A stretch of 64,000 bases of DNA from IMG/VR virus record IMGVR_UViG_3300028786_000006, positions 32,001 to 96,000 of that record, one strand, 5' to 3'. This DNA is from a virus. Position 1 is the first letter of the stretch. Every line of letters starts with the position of its first letter. The position numbers were made by a program, and so were the translations under genes. The notes below the pieces were generated by a model that did not search any database, was not told where the DNA came from, and saw nothing but the letters and a program-made list of their open reading frames with translations. Below, piece by piece: positions 48,101 to 56,495 of the stretch.

Positions 48101-49991
48101 CCAATGGCGGTCGAGCTGGAAGAATCGGGACCTGAACACCCTGACTACAGTGACCACGTTTTCCGAATCCACTTCGGTGAGTATCGCGGACAACTTCATA
48201 CAGAATGTGGTCTACACATTCATGCGGGCTATCGGTATCGCGTTTTCTGGTACGTGCCTGCGCCCGTTCACCCGAGTGTACCCGTTCTTCGAGGACAAAC
48301 CTGTTTCGGCCTTCTGTCGACCGGCCGGTGGTGCTAACGGCCAAGCCCTGGTCACTGACGGCTCCGGCGCAATCAATGGGGTGTTCTCGGTACCAAACAC
48401 TTCAGCGAACAACTTCCGGACAGGAACCAACGTGTTTCGCCTTACAGACCAGGCGGATGATTCTCGCAACCCTAATCTGCTGACCACATTTGCTCAGACC
48501 ACGCACGCATCTGGTGGTTCGATCGATTATCGGCAGCAGACCGTTACTTCCACCCGCATCCTGTCGTTTACTGAATCTTCGTCTCTGACCACGGTGTACC
48601 AGAAGGATCCAATCGCTCAGACTTTCTGGGTCACGTCTACCGGCGGCGAGTACCTCGCGGCGGTTGATATCTTCATGGCCACGAAGTCGAGCACGATTCC
48701 CCTGATCGTGGAACTGCGGACTGCGGAAAACGGTTACCCAGGCGGCGATGCCCTGCCGTTCGGTCGTAAGGTGTTACTGCCTTCTCAGGTCGCCGTCAGC
48801 GCTAACGGGATGACGCCAACCCGAGTGACGTTTGATGATTTGGTTTACTTGGAACCTGGGCGCGAGTATTCTATCGTTCTGATGGCGGACACCCAGGAGT
48901 ACAACGCTTGGATCTGTCAGATGGGTGAAACCGTGTTGGGTACTACCCGCTCAGTTTCGGCACAACCAAACCTGGGATCGTTCTTCGTGTCTCAGAACGG
49001 CACCACTTGGACCGCCAACCAGAACCAGGATATGAAGTTCACCTTCTACCGGGCGCTGTTTAATACTGACGACACGGTGGTGACCTTCAATAACACGGCT
49101 CCTGTTTACCGCCCGGCCAAAGGGTTTAACCCGATAGTGACTGTTTCGGGAAACAGCCGCATCGTGTTGTCCCAGGCTACACACGGTTTGAAAGCTGGTG
49201 ATACTTGCATCATTCGCGGTGCAGTCGGCGGTAACGGCTTCAGCTCGGCCCTCCTGAACAAGTCTCAGGTGGTTGAGAGCGTCTCTGGGGATGATGTCAC
49301 CATTAACCTTGGCACTCTAGCGACCGCGACGGGGAACATCGGAGGGGATGCCGTAGAGGTGCTCTCGTCCTACCCTTTCAGCTTGCTCTACGCCAACGTG
49401 AACCAGTTGATCCTGGACGGCACTTCGGTTGAGTGGAAGGTGGTCGCCAAGAACCAAAGCAACCGGGGGCTTTCATCGCCGTTCTCGTTTACACCGGGCG
49501 AAAACCATGGCATGGACGCAGAGTCAGTGATTCAGGTTGGTGGTGACCTTCAGATGACTGCAACGCTGAAGACCACCCGCGATAACCTGAGCCCAGTGAT
49601 CGACCTTGACGGCTTCACCGCCGCCCTGGTACAGCCTCGAATCAACACCGACGTGTCCAACCCGCTTTGCCGGTACGTCACCAAGGATGTGAAGTTCGAT
49701 ACCCCAAGCACCACCGCCAAGATGTATGTCGGTGCGTTGTTACCGGGCGCGACCACCATGAAGTTCTACTACAAGTTGATCAGCACCGGCAGCAGCGCGG
49801 CCAGTGGTACTTGGGTGGAGCTTGCACCTTCGGCTGGGATTGTGAACGACGATATCCGGTTCATGGAGTACACGTACAACCTGACTGGGGTCGGCTCATT
49901 CAGCGGCTTCAAAGTGAAGATCGTTCTGTTGGGTGATGACCCGACCAACGTTCCTAAGCTGTCAGACTTCAGAGCCATCGCTCTGGCGTAA
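45171..49991 (+). CDS. Large baseplate/virion protein (VrlC/DUF4815-like)
   Basis: PYYDDFD..K..RVLFRP..VQARELTQ.Q, APGAHR, RTYEESGDY, RYTMRDIGKLE.RI.NLEYYT.LS, DPIAQTF; TAATTA at 45129. Confidence 0.9.
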   Translation: MSDIDTSNAPYYDDFDADKGFLRVLFRPKSVQARELTQAQTILQEQVNRLGRHLFTEGAMVIPGGIRISSQQDYVKLTFISGSVYDDIVDRTDMVVSSVVSGLTAKVKKVIPAEGEDPPSIFVEYTNSGSDNMTKKFSVGESLKFSITVDSVNQNIANARSDAVGFGTWAQVAAGVYFVRGFMVQNAAQDVVVSKYTQDSSNRIGFNVVESIVTEDDDDSLLSNAQGTPNFKAPGAHRLKIELKLATVSTDSAVDDNFIELARVEDGETKELVVDTEYAQLMKTLAQRTYEESGDYSLGQYDFVLREHIKDSTHPDGVFSDDKGGDESKFVFGVKPSISYVKGYRVQNIATDYVPVEKARDTNFVNNAVSSAIYQNYLIITGIHSLPPTDIRKKISLHDAPIVAGNTAGSIIGTARVRAIQFVAAGSIKVFLTDIKMNSGKTFSQVQGLRYTDASSLFGATVSSASMYGSNQNTMLFPLPYPATKSLKRAGASDTTYAVTRQYTVTTNASGVATVSLSSNETFSTPNQVEYLLSATGAANTGGAVAWAEGLFVLSGSPVGRSITINAGVGNASKTFVANVVVIKQQPLEKTKTKTVKVDVVTFTAETFKALTKCDGFKLNSVINDATGEVVTNSYNFFNGQTDNGYRVCELRSKSGAVTGVFQVTYEYFEHSLGDFFSVDSYSNVNYQDIPTYISSSGAAYELSDCLDFRALYDASGEITSVTFAGDVIRPSDTVRVDVEYYLPRRDSVYVSSDGTFGVVKGVPGDEPVYPEVPTDSMKIAELTISAYTFDPLNVIVRLIDNKRYTMRDIGKLERRIENLEYYTTLSAIESKVNKTQIIDPVTGNDRFKNGFATDGFSDFRLCDLDSEEFMFALDLDATVGQPAFSQFPGDMEFGSGANHAKGLGLVSKSYTLKKTIEQPYATRMINVNPFAVFTWNGYVSLNPASDFWRDVWYLPPVMVNQTVDNRGAAVQGTVVNQWRSSWKNRDLNTLTTVTTFSESTSVSIADNFIQNVVYTFMRAIGIAFSGTCLRPFTRVYPFFEDKPVSAFCRPAGGANGQALVTDGSGAINGVFSVPNTSANNFRTGTNVFRLTDQADDSRNPNLLTTFAQTTHASGGSIDYRQQTVTSTRILSFTESSSLTTVYQKDPIAQTFWVTSTGGEYLAAVDIFMATKSSTIPLIVELRTAENGYPGGDALPFGRKVLLPSQVAVSANGMTPTRVTFDDLVYLEPGREYSIVLMADTQEYNAWICQMGETVLGTTRSVSAQPNLGSFFVSQNGTTWTANQNQDMKFTFYRALFNTDDTVVTFNNTAPVYRPAKGFNPIVTVSGNSRIVLSQATHGLKAGDTCIIRGAVGGNGFSSALLNKSQVVESVSGDDVTINLGTLATATGNIGGDAVEVLSSYPFSLLYANVNQLILDGTSVEWKVVAKNQSNRGLSSPFSFTPGENHGMDAESVIQVGGDLQMTATLKTTRDNLSPVIDLDGFTAALVQPRINTDVSNPLCRYVTKDVKFDTPSTTAKMYVGALLPGATTMKFYYKLISTGSSAASGTWVELAPSAGIVNDDIRFMEYTYNLTGVGSFSGFKVKIVLLGDDPTNVPKLSDFRAIALA
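47311..47505 (+). CDS. Candidate overprinted two-TM membrane protein in the +1 frame (alternative ATG 47272)
   Basis: Hydrophobic ORF coinciding with a local spike of T-ending codons in the host gene. Confidence 0.5.
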   Translation: MLLVKSLRLLSLVTLFALAILCVLMLSTIFLGAIVYMCLLMALLALSKAFLVMNQYTRKCQRTR

Positions 49992-49995
49992 AACC

Positions 49996-50031
49996 AAAAA
50001 AGGGGAATGGCTTGCGCCATTCCCCTTTTTT
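49996..50031. terminator. Bidirectional intrinsic terminator
   Basis: AAAAAAGGGGAATGGC-TTGC-GCCATTCCCCTTTTTT. Confidence 0.9.
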
Positions 50032-50062
50032 ATTGCCTGTTACCCAGAGTGGTTGATATAGA

Positions 50063-50785
50063 TCAACGCTCGAAGAAGTACCCCAAGATGTAGACGGTAA
50101 CACCGCCTGTTGAAGTCGCCGTGTTTTTGGCCTGAAATCTACCGTTGGAACCGATAGGAATATCCAATTTAGCGATGACACTGGCGCTAACGCTGGACAG
50201 CCAATTAGGTCCGGCCAGCGCGTTGACTTGATCAACGTTACCGAATACTACGGCGGCGGAGCCGGCGGAGACGCTGGTACAAGCCGTATGCGCAGTAACT
50301 GGGATGGCGGCGGCGGGGTCGATATCGTAAGTGGTGGTGGTTGTACCGCCCGCAAGTACGATGAAAGGTGCTACGCCTGCGTTGGCCACCAGGTAGTACA
50401 TCTGCCCAGTTGACGGGTAGTGGATGAACTTTTGCAGGGTGTTGGAGGCCCCGGCCAGCGCGCTGCCGATGTACCGGCGCGAGCTATCGCCAGTCTTCTG
50501 AAACGCAGAACCTGACACCCGTACCGGCGCGGTCGTGGACATCTCAATATCACCGACACCGGCATTTTCATACAGGTAGAAGTGATAAAAAGTTGCCGCC
50601 GTTAATGACAAACCGGTAAGCGCTTTGTCAGTGCCGAGTTCTACAGCTTTATTCAGTGACGGAACGTAGGCACTGCCTGCCTGTACCGTAAGGGCGTTGG
50701 CTGAGACGTATACCAGGCGTAAACCCTCGATGAACCCTTTGCCCATACCACGTAATTTGGCCGAAGCCCTTTGGATGCTACCCAT
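50063..50785 (-). CDS. Tail fibre/receptor-binding-associated protein
   Basis: FIEGLRL, SRRYIGS, beta-rich with GYFFER end; last gene of the fibre cluster. Confidence 0.6.
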   Translation of the reverse strand: MGSIQRASAKLRGMGKGFIEGLRLVYVSANALTVQAGSAYVPSLNKAVELGTDKALTGLSLTAATFYHFYLYENAGVGDIEMSTTAPVRVSGSAFQKTGDSSRRYIGSALAGASNTLQKFIHYPSTGQMYYLVANAGVAPFIVLAGGTTTTTYDIDPAAAIPVTAHTACTSVSAGSAAVVFGNVDQVNALAGPNWLSSVSASVIAKLDIPIGSNGRFQAKNTATSTGGVTVYILGYFFER

Positions 50786-50827
50786 TTTCAGATTCCCGGA
50801 AGCCGCCCTTTTCAGGGCGGTTATTGA

Positions 50828-51553
50828 TTAGAACCAGCGGCCCCATGCCGTGTACGTTATGGTGTAGTTGGCAGAGGCTTGTGAAACCGCTGACATGAGC
50901 ACGCCTGTTGGTGTCAGGGATGCTGTGGCGGAAGAGATGGTTGACCACCAAGTGGCCTGTGTGCCGTTACCGCTAGAAAAAACTATTTCGTTGGGCACAG
51001 CCGTAAATGGCTGTGCCCAACTTAAAGCTGCCTCAAGGGCCACTGTAGTGAATAAGGATCCTGTTGACCCAGTTAGTGCCCGAGTTACGGCGACTCTACG
51101 ACTGCACATCATAGTGCCGTCAGCCCACTTGGTCCAACTACCATTGGCGTTGGTGCCTGTTTCGATAATGGCGCCAGTGGGCACACCCCCGACCTGTGAT
51201 ACAGTCCCCAATACCTTGGCGTCGGATTCCGACTTGGTATAGCAGTTGGCCACTAAGAACGACCCGAATGCAACCACTTGCACCAAGTCCCCGAGCGCTG
51301 CCCCTTCGACCAACACCACAGACGTCCCGGTTGTGGCCGCATAATCAACCGTTTTCTGGAGGATGAACCCGTTGAGCGCGACGATGGTTGATCCTACAGT
51401 GTAGGCCAGGCTCACGCCATTGACGTCAGCCCCGCTGAACGAAGTCTGCCCCGCCGTCGCGTTGTACGAGTAGTGAACCATGGTGCTACTGGTGGCCGCA
51501 ACTAGAGCATCAAACTCTTTGCCCAGGCCGGATAAACGTGCTGCCCTTGTCAT
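50828..51553 (-). CDS. Short tail fibre with XD-like adaptor domain
   Basis: ATAGQTSF...NG...GD.V module; GTNANGSWTKWADGTMMC...AWGRW tip. Confidence 0.75.
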   Translation of the reverse strand: MTRAARLSGLGKEFDALVAATSSTMVHYSYNATAGQTSFSGADVNGVSLAYTVGSTIVALNGFILQKTVDYAATTGTSVVLVEGAALGDLVQVVAFGSFLVANCYTKSESDAKVLGTVSQVGGVPTGAIIETGTNANGSWTKWADGTMMCSRRVAVTRALTGSTGSLFTTVALEAALSWAQPFTAVPNEIVFSSGNGTQATWWSTISSATASLTPTGVLMSAVSQASANYTITYTAWGRWF

Positions 51554-51615
51554 TGTTGAACCCTTTGTGTTCGTTGCCGGGAACCCGCTCCAAGGGGGCG
51601 GGTTATTCGATGCCT

Positions 51616-52050
51616 TTAGCTCGGGGTTTCAGTTACGGTCGGACCCTGAAGCCCAAGGGCCGGTAATTCGAACAGAAACTGTTTGACGGTTGGTTGGGTG
51701 CGGTTGCCGGCTTCAACTGCAGCCAGCTGGGTGTAGCAGTAATCCCAAACCAGCGAGCGCCAGGCTCGGAACGCCTTACCGTCTTTCTGAAACTTAGTCA
51801 CTGCTGGTTCTTCAGCATACGTGACCGCGTTGATGATGTTGTCGTAGCCATAGAGCTTGGCCGCTGAGTCGAGGTGGTTCTGAACGGCCACCTCATATTC
51901 CTTTTCAGTAGCGTCAGGCAGCCCCCACTTACCGGTAGCCAGGGCAACAAACGTCGGGTCTGTGCGCTCCGTTTTCATGGTGATCCAGCCTTCAGGGCAG
52001 ACACCATCGTACTGTTGGAGGGATTGTCCTACTTTAGCGAAAACTGCCAT
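51616..52050 (-). CDS. Tail fibre assembly chaperone
   Basis: HLDSAAKLYGYDNI..A..Y, FRAWRSLVW; follows the fibre gene. Confidence 0.8.
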   Translation of the reverse strand: MAVFAKVGQSLQQYDGVCPEGWITMKTERTDPTFVALATGKWGLPDATEKEYEVAVQNHLDSAAKLYGYDNIINAVTYAEEPAVTKFQKDGKAFRAWRSLVWDYCYTQLAAVEAGNRTQPTVKQFLFELPALGLQGPTVTETPS

Positions 52051-53564
52051 TACACTGCTCCTTTAGACTTCCAAACTTTGACTCGTGATGGTAGAGAAGT
52101 AACAGTCCCTGTCGTCCCAAATGGGTCCCCCATGCTGGAACTATCTACCTTGATGGCCGTAACCCCTGTTTGGACGACAATACTACCCCCGTTGAGCTGG
52201 TTTGCCGCCGCGCCATACGAGGATGGAGACGAAAGTTGAAACCCTGGGTTACCCCACACCCCACCATATAGAACTTCCAATTGGCACATGACATGATAGC
52301 CAGGGAACGGGTTCGAAATCACATACCGGCTATTGACACCAATGTTGGCAGGGGAAGCCTGAGTACCGCCGTTAGGGTAAACGATGGTAAAATCGACCTG
52401 GCCGTTCAGAGTCTGAAAAGCGGCGTTCAGAACAGCGTAATCCGTTGCCAGCTGGGCGGCGTTGGCCGAGCCAGGATTGACTACTGCACCGAACAGTTTG
52501 ATCACCCAGCAACCGGTGGCACTGATCGGTCGGGATTCAGAACCACCGGAATTGTTGATCGTGATGCCTGTGGTCTTGCTGCCTGTGTTGGTTGAACCAG
52601 CAATAGCGCTGAACACGCCACCAGCTGTATACGCGGTGCCTGTTGTCACACCCATTGAGTGGAAGTGACCTGGGTCATTGATTGTATGGCCGTGGTCGAG
52701 GTTGCTAGACGATTGAATCACACCCGCAATGGCCGCCGACAACGTACCATCACCCCGCATGAACACAGCGCCCAAGCTACCAGCCGCTTTACCGTTGTAA
52801 TCTGGCATGCGGAACGTAGTAGAACCATCACCTACCGTGAAAGAACCGCGCTGTGTTGGGTCAGCGGTCCAGTTGGCTTCAGTGACGACAGGCATTTGGC
52901 CGCCGAGAATGGCCGTCGTCGCATCAGGGTAGGTGGCCCGAGAAACGGTTTGGCCGTCGGCCGGTACTCGACCGGCCGGAATCGCGGCCCGCAAACCAGG
53001 CCACCATTCAACGTGGAACATCGGTACAGCTGAGGCCAGGATCTTGGCGTCTGCTTCCGCTTTGGTGTAGACGTTTGCGATGTTGAACGTATCGAAGGCA
53101 ATAACCTGAAGGATGTCACCGGCCTGTAGACCAACACCAACGACAACGCTCGTGCCAGTGGAGGCGGTTACATCAGTGCCCTGGGAGAGAGCCACGCCGT
53201 TGACGGAGATAATCGTCGCTGTTGGAACATACCCCAGGTTCACGCCGTGAATGTCAACGCCGCTGAAGGTCGTCTGGCCAGCGCTGGCCACGAACTCATA
53301 CGTCACCAGGGTGCCGTTGATGCTGCCGATACCCAGGGTTACCCAGCCGCCGGCGATGTAACCTTCAAACTTCCCAGTTTCGGTGTTAGCCCGGAGGATA
53401 CCGTCGACGGGCGCCGGGTCACGGGCAGCGGTGTTACCAGAGGTGAGAACCAGGGTGCCCACCATGGTGAGCTTGCCGTTTACCGTGACACCCTTGGCAA
53501 ACGTCGAATCTTCCATGGACCACAGCCCATGCTTTACTTTGAATGGAACTTTATTGACAGCCAT
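52050..53564 (-). CDS. Tail fibre with XD-like and collar domains
   Basis: ASAGQTTF module; PADGQTVSRATYP, GDGSTTFRMPD, FMRG, H.H repeats, ESRP. Confidence 0.85.
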   Translation of the reverse strand: MAVNKVPFKVKHGLWSMEDSTFAKGVTVNGKLTMVGTLVLTSGNTAARDPAPVDGILRANTETGKFEGYIAGGWVTLGIGSINGTLVTYEFVASAGQTTFSGVDIHGVNLGYVPTATIISVNGVALSQGTDVTASTGTSVVVGVGLQAGDILQVIAFDTFNIANVYTKAEADAKILASAVPMFHVEWWPGLRAAIPAGRVPADGQTVSRATYPDATTAILGGQMPVVTEANWTADPTQRGSFTVGDGSTTFRMPDYNGKAAGSLGAVFMRGDGTLSAAIAGVIQSSSNLDHGHTINDPGHFHSMGVTTGTAYTAGGVFSAIAGSTNTGSKTTGITINNSGGSESRPISATGCWVIKLFGAVVNPGSANAAQLATDYAVLNAAFQTLNGQVDFTIVYPNGGTQASPANIGVNSRYVISNPFPGYHVMCQLEVLYGGVWGNPGFQLSSPSSYGAAANQLNGGSIVVQTGVTAIKVDSSSMGDPFGTTGTVTSLPSRVKVWKSKGAV

Positions 53565-53602
53565 CTACCTTTCCCTTTCCAGGTATGATTGGGGTGTAGC
53601 CC

Positions 53603-55618
53603 TCACAGGAGGGCTACGGTCTTGAGTGAGAAGGAACATGAGCCGGTGTTCGGTAACACGTTCAGGATCACGTTGTTGCCGCTGACAGAGTACGAGAGGG
53701 TCATGAGGTCAGGGCCGACTTGCCCATACTCAGTTACATAGACTTCGGCCGCGCCGTCATGAGCCAGAAGCACCTCTACCACCTGACGAGGCCCGCCGGC
53801 TGTCGCAACGCAGCTGATGATGAACTTACCGCCCTGATAGACAGTTTTGTCTATGCTGGTAATGGCCGTACTCGTCGTGATGTTGGTCAGAAAGACGTTG
53901 GCTGCGTACAACGAAGCGACCTTGGCGTTCAAAGTCTTCAGGTTGACAGCGTCGTTGTCCGCAACCGGATCAGCCAACCAGTTGATCTGCTTGGCAGTAC
54001 CGGCGCTTGTGCCCATGGCCACCGGCACTGCCATCAATACAGAAGTGCTCTGAATTCTGACCTTCTCAACCCCAGTAACACTGAAACCAATACCGGTGCC
54101 AATGTTGAACATACCGTCAGCCGGGTATCCATTGAAGTTCAGAATCGGGAGAGCTGCTGTGCCCTGCTCCAACACCAATTGCTTCTTGGCGGAGATCGCC
54201 GTGGGTGTGACCCGCAGAACATCAACACCGCCCGGCCTGATTGCCACCAGGGTCGGGTCAGCAGCGATTATGTCAACATCGTTCGTTCCGCGGATACGAA
54301 CTGTCGAACCACGCACCCGTGCTTCGTTGGTTGCACTGAGCAGGACGTGGCGGGTTGCGCCGTCCAGGTAGTCAGTCAGGTAACCCAGTGAGTTCAGGGA
54401 GATGTATTTCCCCGCCTTGGTGAAGAGGCCTGTGGACTTGACCGAGAACACCTCTTGACCGGAGACCTGATGAACCACTTCACCGGCCAGGGCGTACGCG
54501 CCTGTGGTTGCGTCGCTGAAATTGTATGAGAGGGCACCGGTACTGCCGTCCTGGAACGTAGCCGATCCCAGGATTACCGGGTTCAGGCGCGGTAACTTCT
54601 TGTCATCCAGGTCCGAGATCGCAGTTTCGGTGTCAACTGTAGAAGCCTGGATGTCTTTCTTGTTCGCGTTCAGGCGGTCGTACGTGACCATCGAGGACCT
54701 GTAGTCACCGTAGGCGGCAACGACCATGCCCTGGCGATACGAACCCTGGGCCCCGGCAAACGAAACGACCTTGGACTGGTCGCGGAGCAGAAGCCATGCA
54801 CTACCAGACCAAACAACCGAGTCTCCCTGCCTGAACAGCTCAGTTGTTCCATCACCGACGATGTCAGCAGACCCGTCAGCAGACACCACATACTGAGAAC
54901 CATCCGGGCTGTCACCAGTCGGCGTTACTGGCGCGACAGCTTTCGCCAGGGTGGCATTGAGCGCATCACCGGCAACCGCGTTGGTGCTTGGGTCCCATGT
55001 ACCGCGAATCCTCAGACTCTTGGTGAGTCCACCCAAGAATGCAGACTTCTTGATCTTCCTGAGCAACCCGTCGGTCACACTGTGGAACAGCAGCTCATCC
55101 TCTTGGGCCGCTGTACCCGCCTCCGGTGTACCTGTGATGTCGACACGCAGCTTCGCGTTCGCGTCGTTCGTGGTTAATTTCAGACCGGGGATGAAGTCCA
55201 GTTCAACTTCGATGCTGTTGGGGGAACCCGCAACAAATCGAAGGCCCTTGCCGGCGACGTTGGTGTCTACGGCGCGCTTGTCCATGTACTCCTTGGCCAC
55301 CGCCCCGCGCCCGCCAACTGGGTCCGTCGCAATCGTAACCTCCTGGCCACTCGGGACGGTCAACCCAGAACTGAACAGCGCCGGGGCGAGGAAGTTCTTT
55401 TCGCCCTCGATCGACTGGGCCATGTCGTTATTGACGAAGCGTTCGTACAGGATGTCGACCAGGCGCTTCAGTTCGTGAGACATGGCCGAGGACGGTACGT
55501 GGTCTTCAAGGTTGGTTTCGAACGATTGGGTGATGGCGCTCTTGGGGATCAGGTAGTCTACCCGCTCAAGCCGCTCGTCGATCTCCTCACCATTATACTT
55601 GGACAGAAAGTCAGACAT
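53603..55618 (-). CDS. Baseplate-anchored fibre/adaptor protein
   Basis: Directly after gp7-like gene; fibre motifs LADPVADNDAVN, GTAALP. Confidence 0.7.
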   Translation of the reverse strand: MSDFLSKYNGEEIDERLERVDYLIPKSAITQSFETNLEDHVPSSAMSHELKRLVDILYERFVNNDMAQSIEGEKNFLAPALFSSGLTVPSGQEVTIATDPVGGRGAVAKEYMDKRAVDTNVAGKGLRFVAGSPNSIEVELDFIPGLKLTTNDANAKLRVDITGTPEAGTAAQEDELLFHSVTDGLLRKIKKSAFLGGLTKSLRIRGTWDPSTNAVAGDALNATLAKAVAPVTPTGDSPDGSQYVVSADGSADIVGDGTTELFRQGDSVVWSGSAWLLLRDQSKVVSFAGAQGSYRQGMVVAAYGDYRSSMVTYDRLNANKKDIQASTVDTETAISDLDDKKLPRLNPVILGSATFQDGSTGALSYNFSDATTGAYALAGEVVHQVSGQEVFSVKSTGLFTKAGKYISLNSLGYLTDYLDGATRHVLLSATNEARVRGSTVRIRGTNDVDIIAADPTLVAIRPGGVDVLRVTPTAISAKKQLVLEQGTAALPILNFNGYPADGMFNIGTGIGFSVTGVEKVRIQSTSVLMAVPVAMGTSAGTAKQINWLADPVADNDAVNLKTLNAKVASLYAANVFLTNITTSTAITSIDKTVYQGGKFIISCVATAGGPRQVVEVLLAHDGAAEVYVTEYGQVGPDLMTLSYSVSGNNVILNVLPNTGSCSFSLKTVALL

Positions 55619-56495
55619 TGTTTACCTCAGCATTCTTCTGGAGATGCACTTTGAACCCAGCTGGGTGGAAATTGGTCAGGAAAATAGTCCTGAAGAAGAA
55701 ATCGTATTCAGCGGGGTCGCGGTTCGTGAGGATCACGTAGGTGAACTCGTTGAACACCTCGTCGTCCCGCAAGCGCTTGGCGCTGTCCAGAACCATACAG
55801 TCGTCGGCAACCATGATGTCGACCTTTGGGTTGTAGGTCTCGATCGTTTCACCGAAGAAGATGTTGAAGAACAGCTCAGCGGCCTTTTCAGTACCTCGGA
55901 TGGCGTAGATGTGGTTCAAAAGCTTCAAAAGCCTGATGTTATCTAGTGTTCGATAACGTTTCGGATTTTCACTGTTGAACACCACCACGTTTTCACTGTC
56001 CGAGGTATTGAACGGGTCGTATGACGCGGTCAGGAGGTGGCTGTAGTTCTCGATGAGATTGTCTGCAGTCTTCGCGAAGTTGAACGAGCTGAACCACTCG
56101 TTCATGTGCTTCTCGTTGACCCGAGTCGACTCCATAGGGCGGTCGCTGTGGTCGGAGAACGACTCGCCATCAGCGGTTTCGAACTCTTCGAAGCGACGCT
56201 CCATGCGGTAGTCATCAGCCAGGCGGTCGGCCTCAGTACCCGGCGGCGTCTCCCTGATCTTGTCAATCAGCGGGCTTTGGCCCGCGAGAGACTCTTCACC
56301 AGTCCGGATGAACCCATCGATGTCGATCTTCTGCCAGCTGGTGTCAGACTTCAACATTTCCAGCTCGCCGGGGGTAACGTTGTCAGTGCGATGGAGCCAC
56401 TCGTAGTACCCCTTCAGGAACGCCACGAAATCCGGGTAGTGTTCTCTGAAGTGGGACGGGAGTTGCGACTCGATCCGGAGGGATTGGTTAGGCAT
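55611..56495 (-). CDS. Baseplate wedge protein (gp7-like, short)
   Basis: QLPSHFREHYPDFVAFLKGYYEWL, RGTEKA, HPAGF; start reassigned to ATG 56495. Confidence 0.8.
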   Translation of the reverse strand: MPNQSLRIESQLPSHFREHYPDFVAFLKGYYEWLHRTDNVTPGELEMLKSDTSWQKIDIDGFIRTGEESLAGQSPLIDKIRETPPGTEADRLADDYRMERRFEEFETADGESFSDHSDRPMESTRVNEKHMNEWFSSFNFAKTADNLIENYSHLLTASYDPFNTSDSENVVVFNSENPKRYRTLDNIRLLKLLNHIYAIRGTEKAAELFFNIFFGETIETYNPKVDIMVADDCMVLDSAKRLRDDEVFNEFTYVILTNRDPAEYDFFFRTIFLTNFHPAGFKVHLQKNAEVNNV

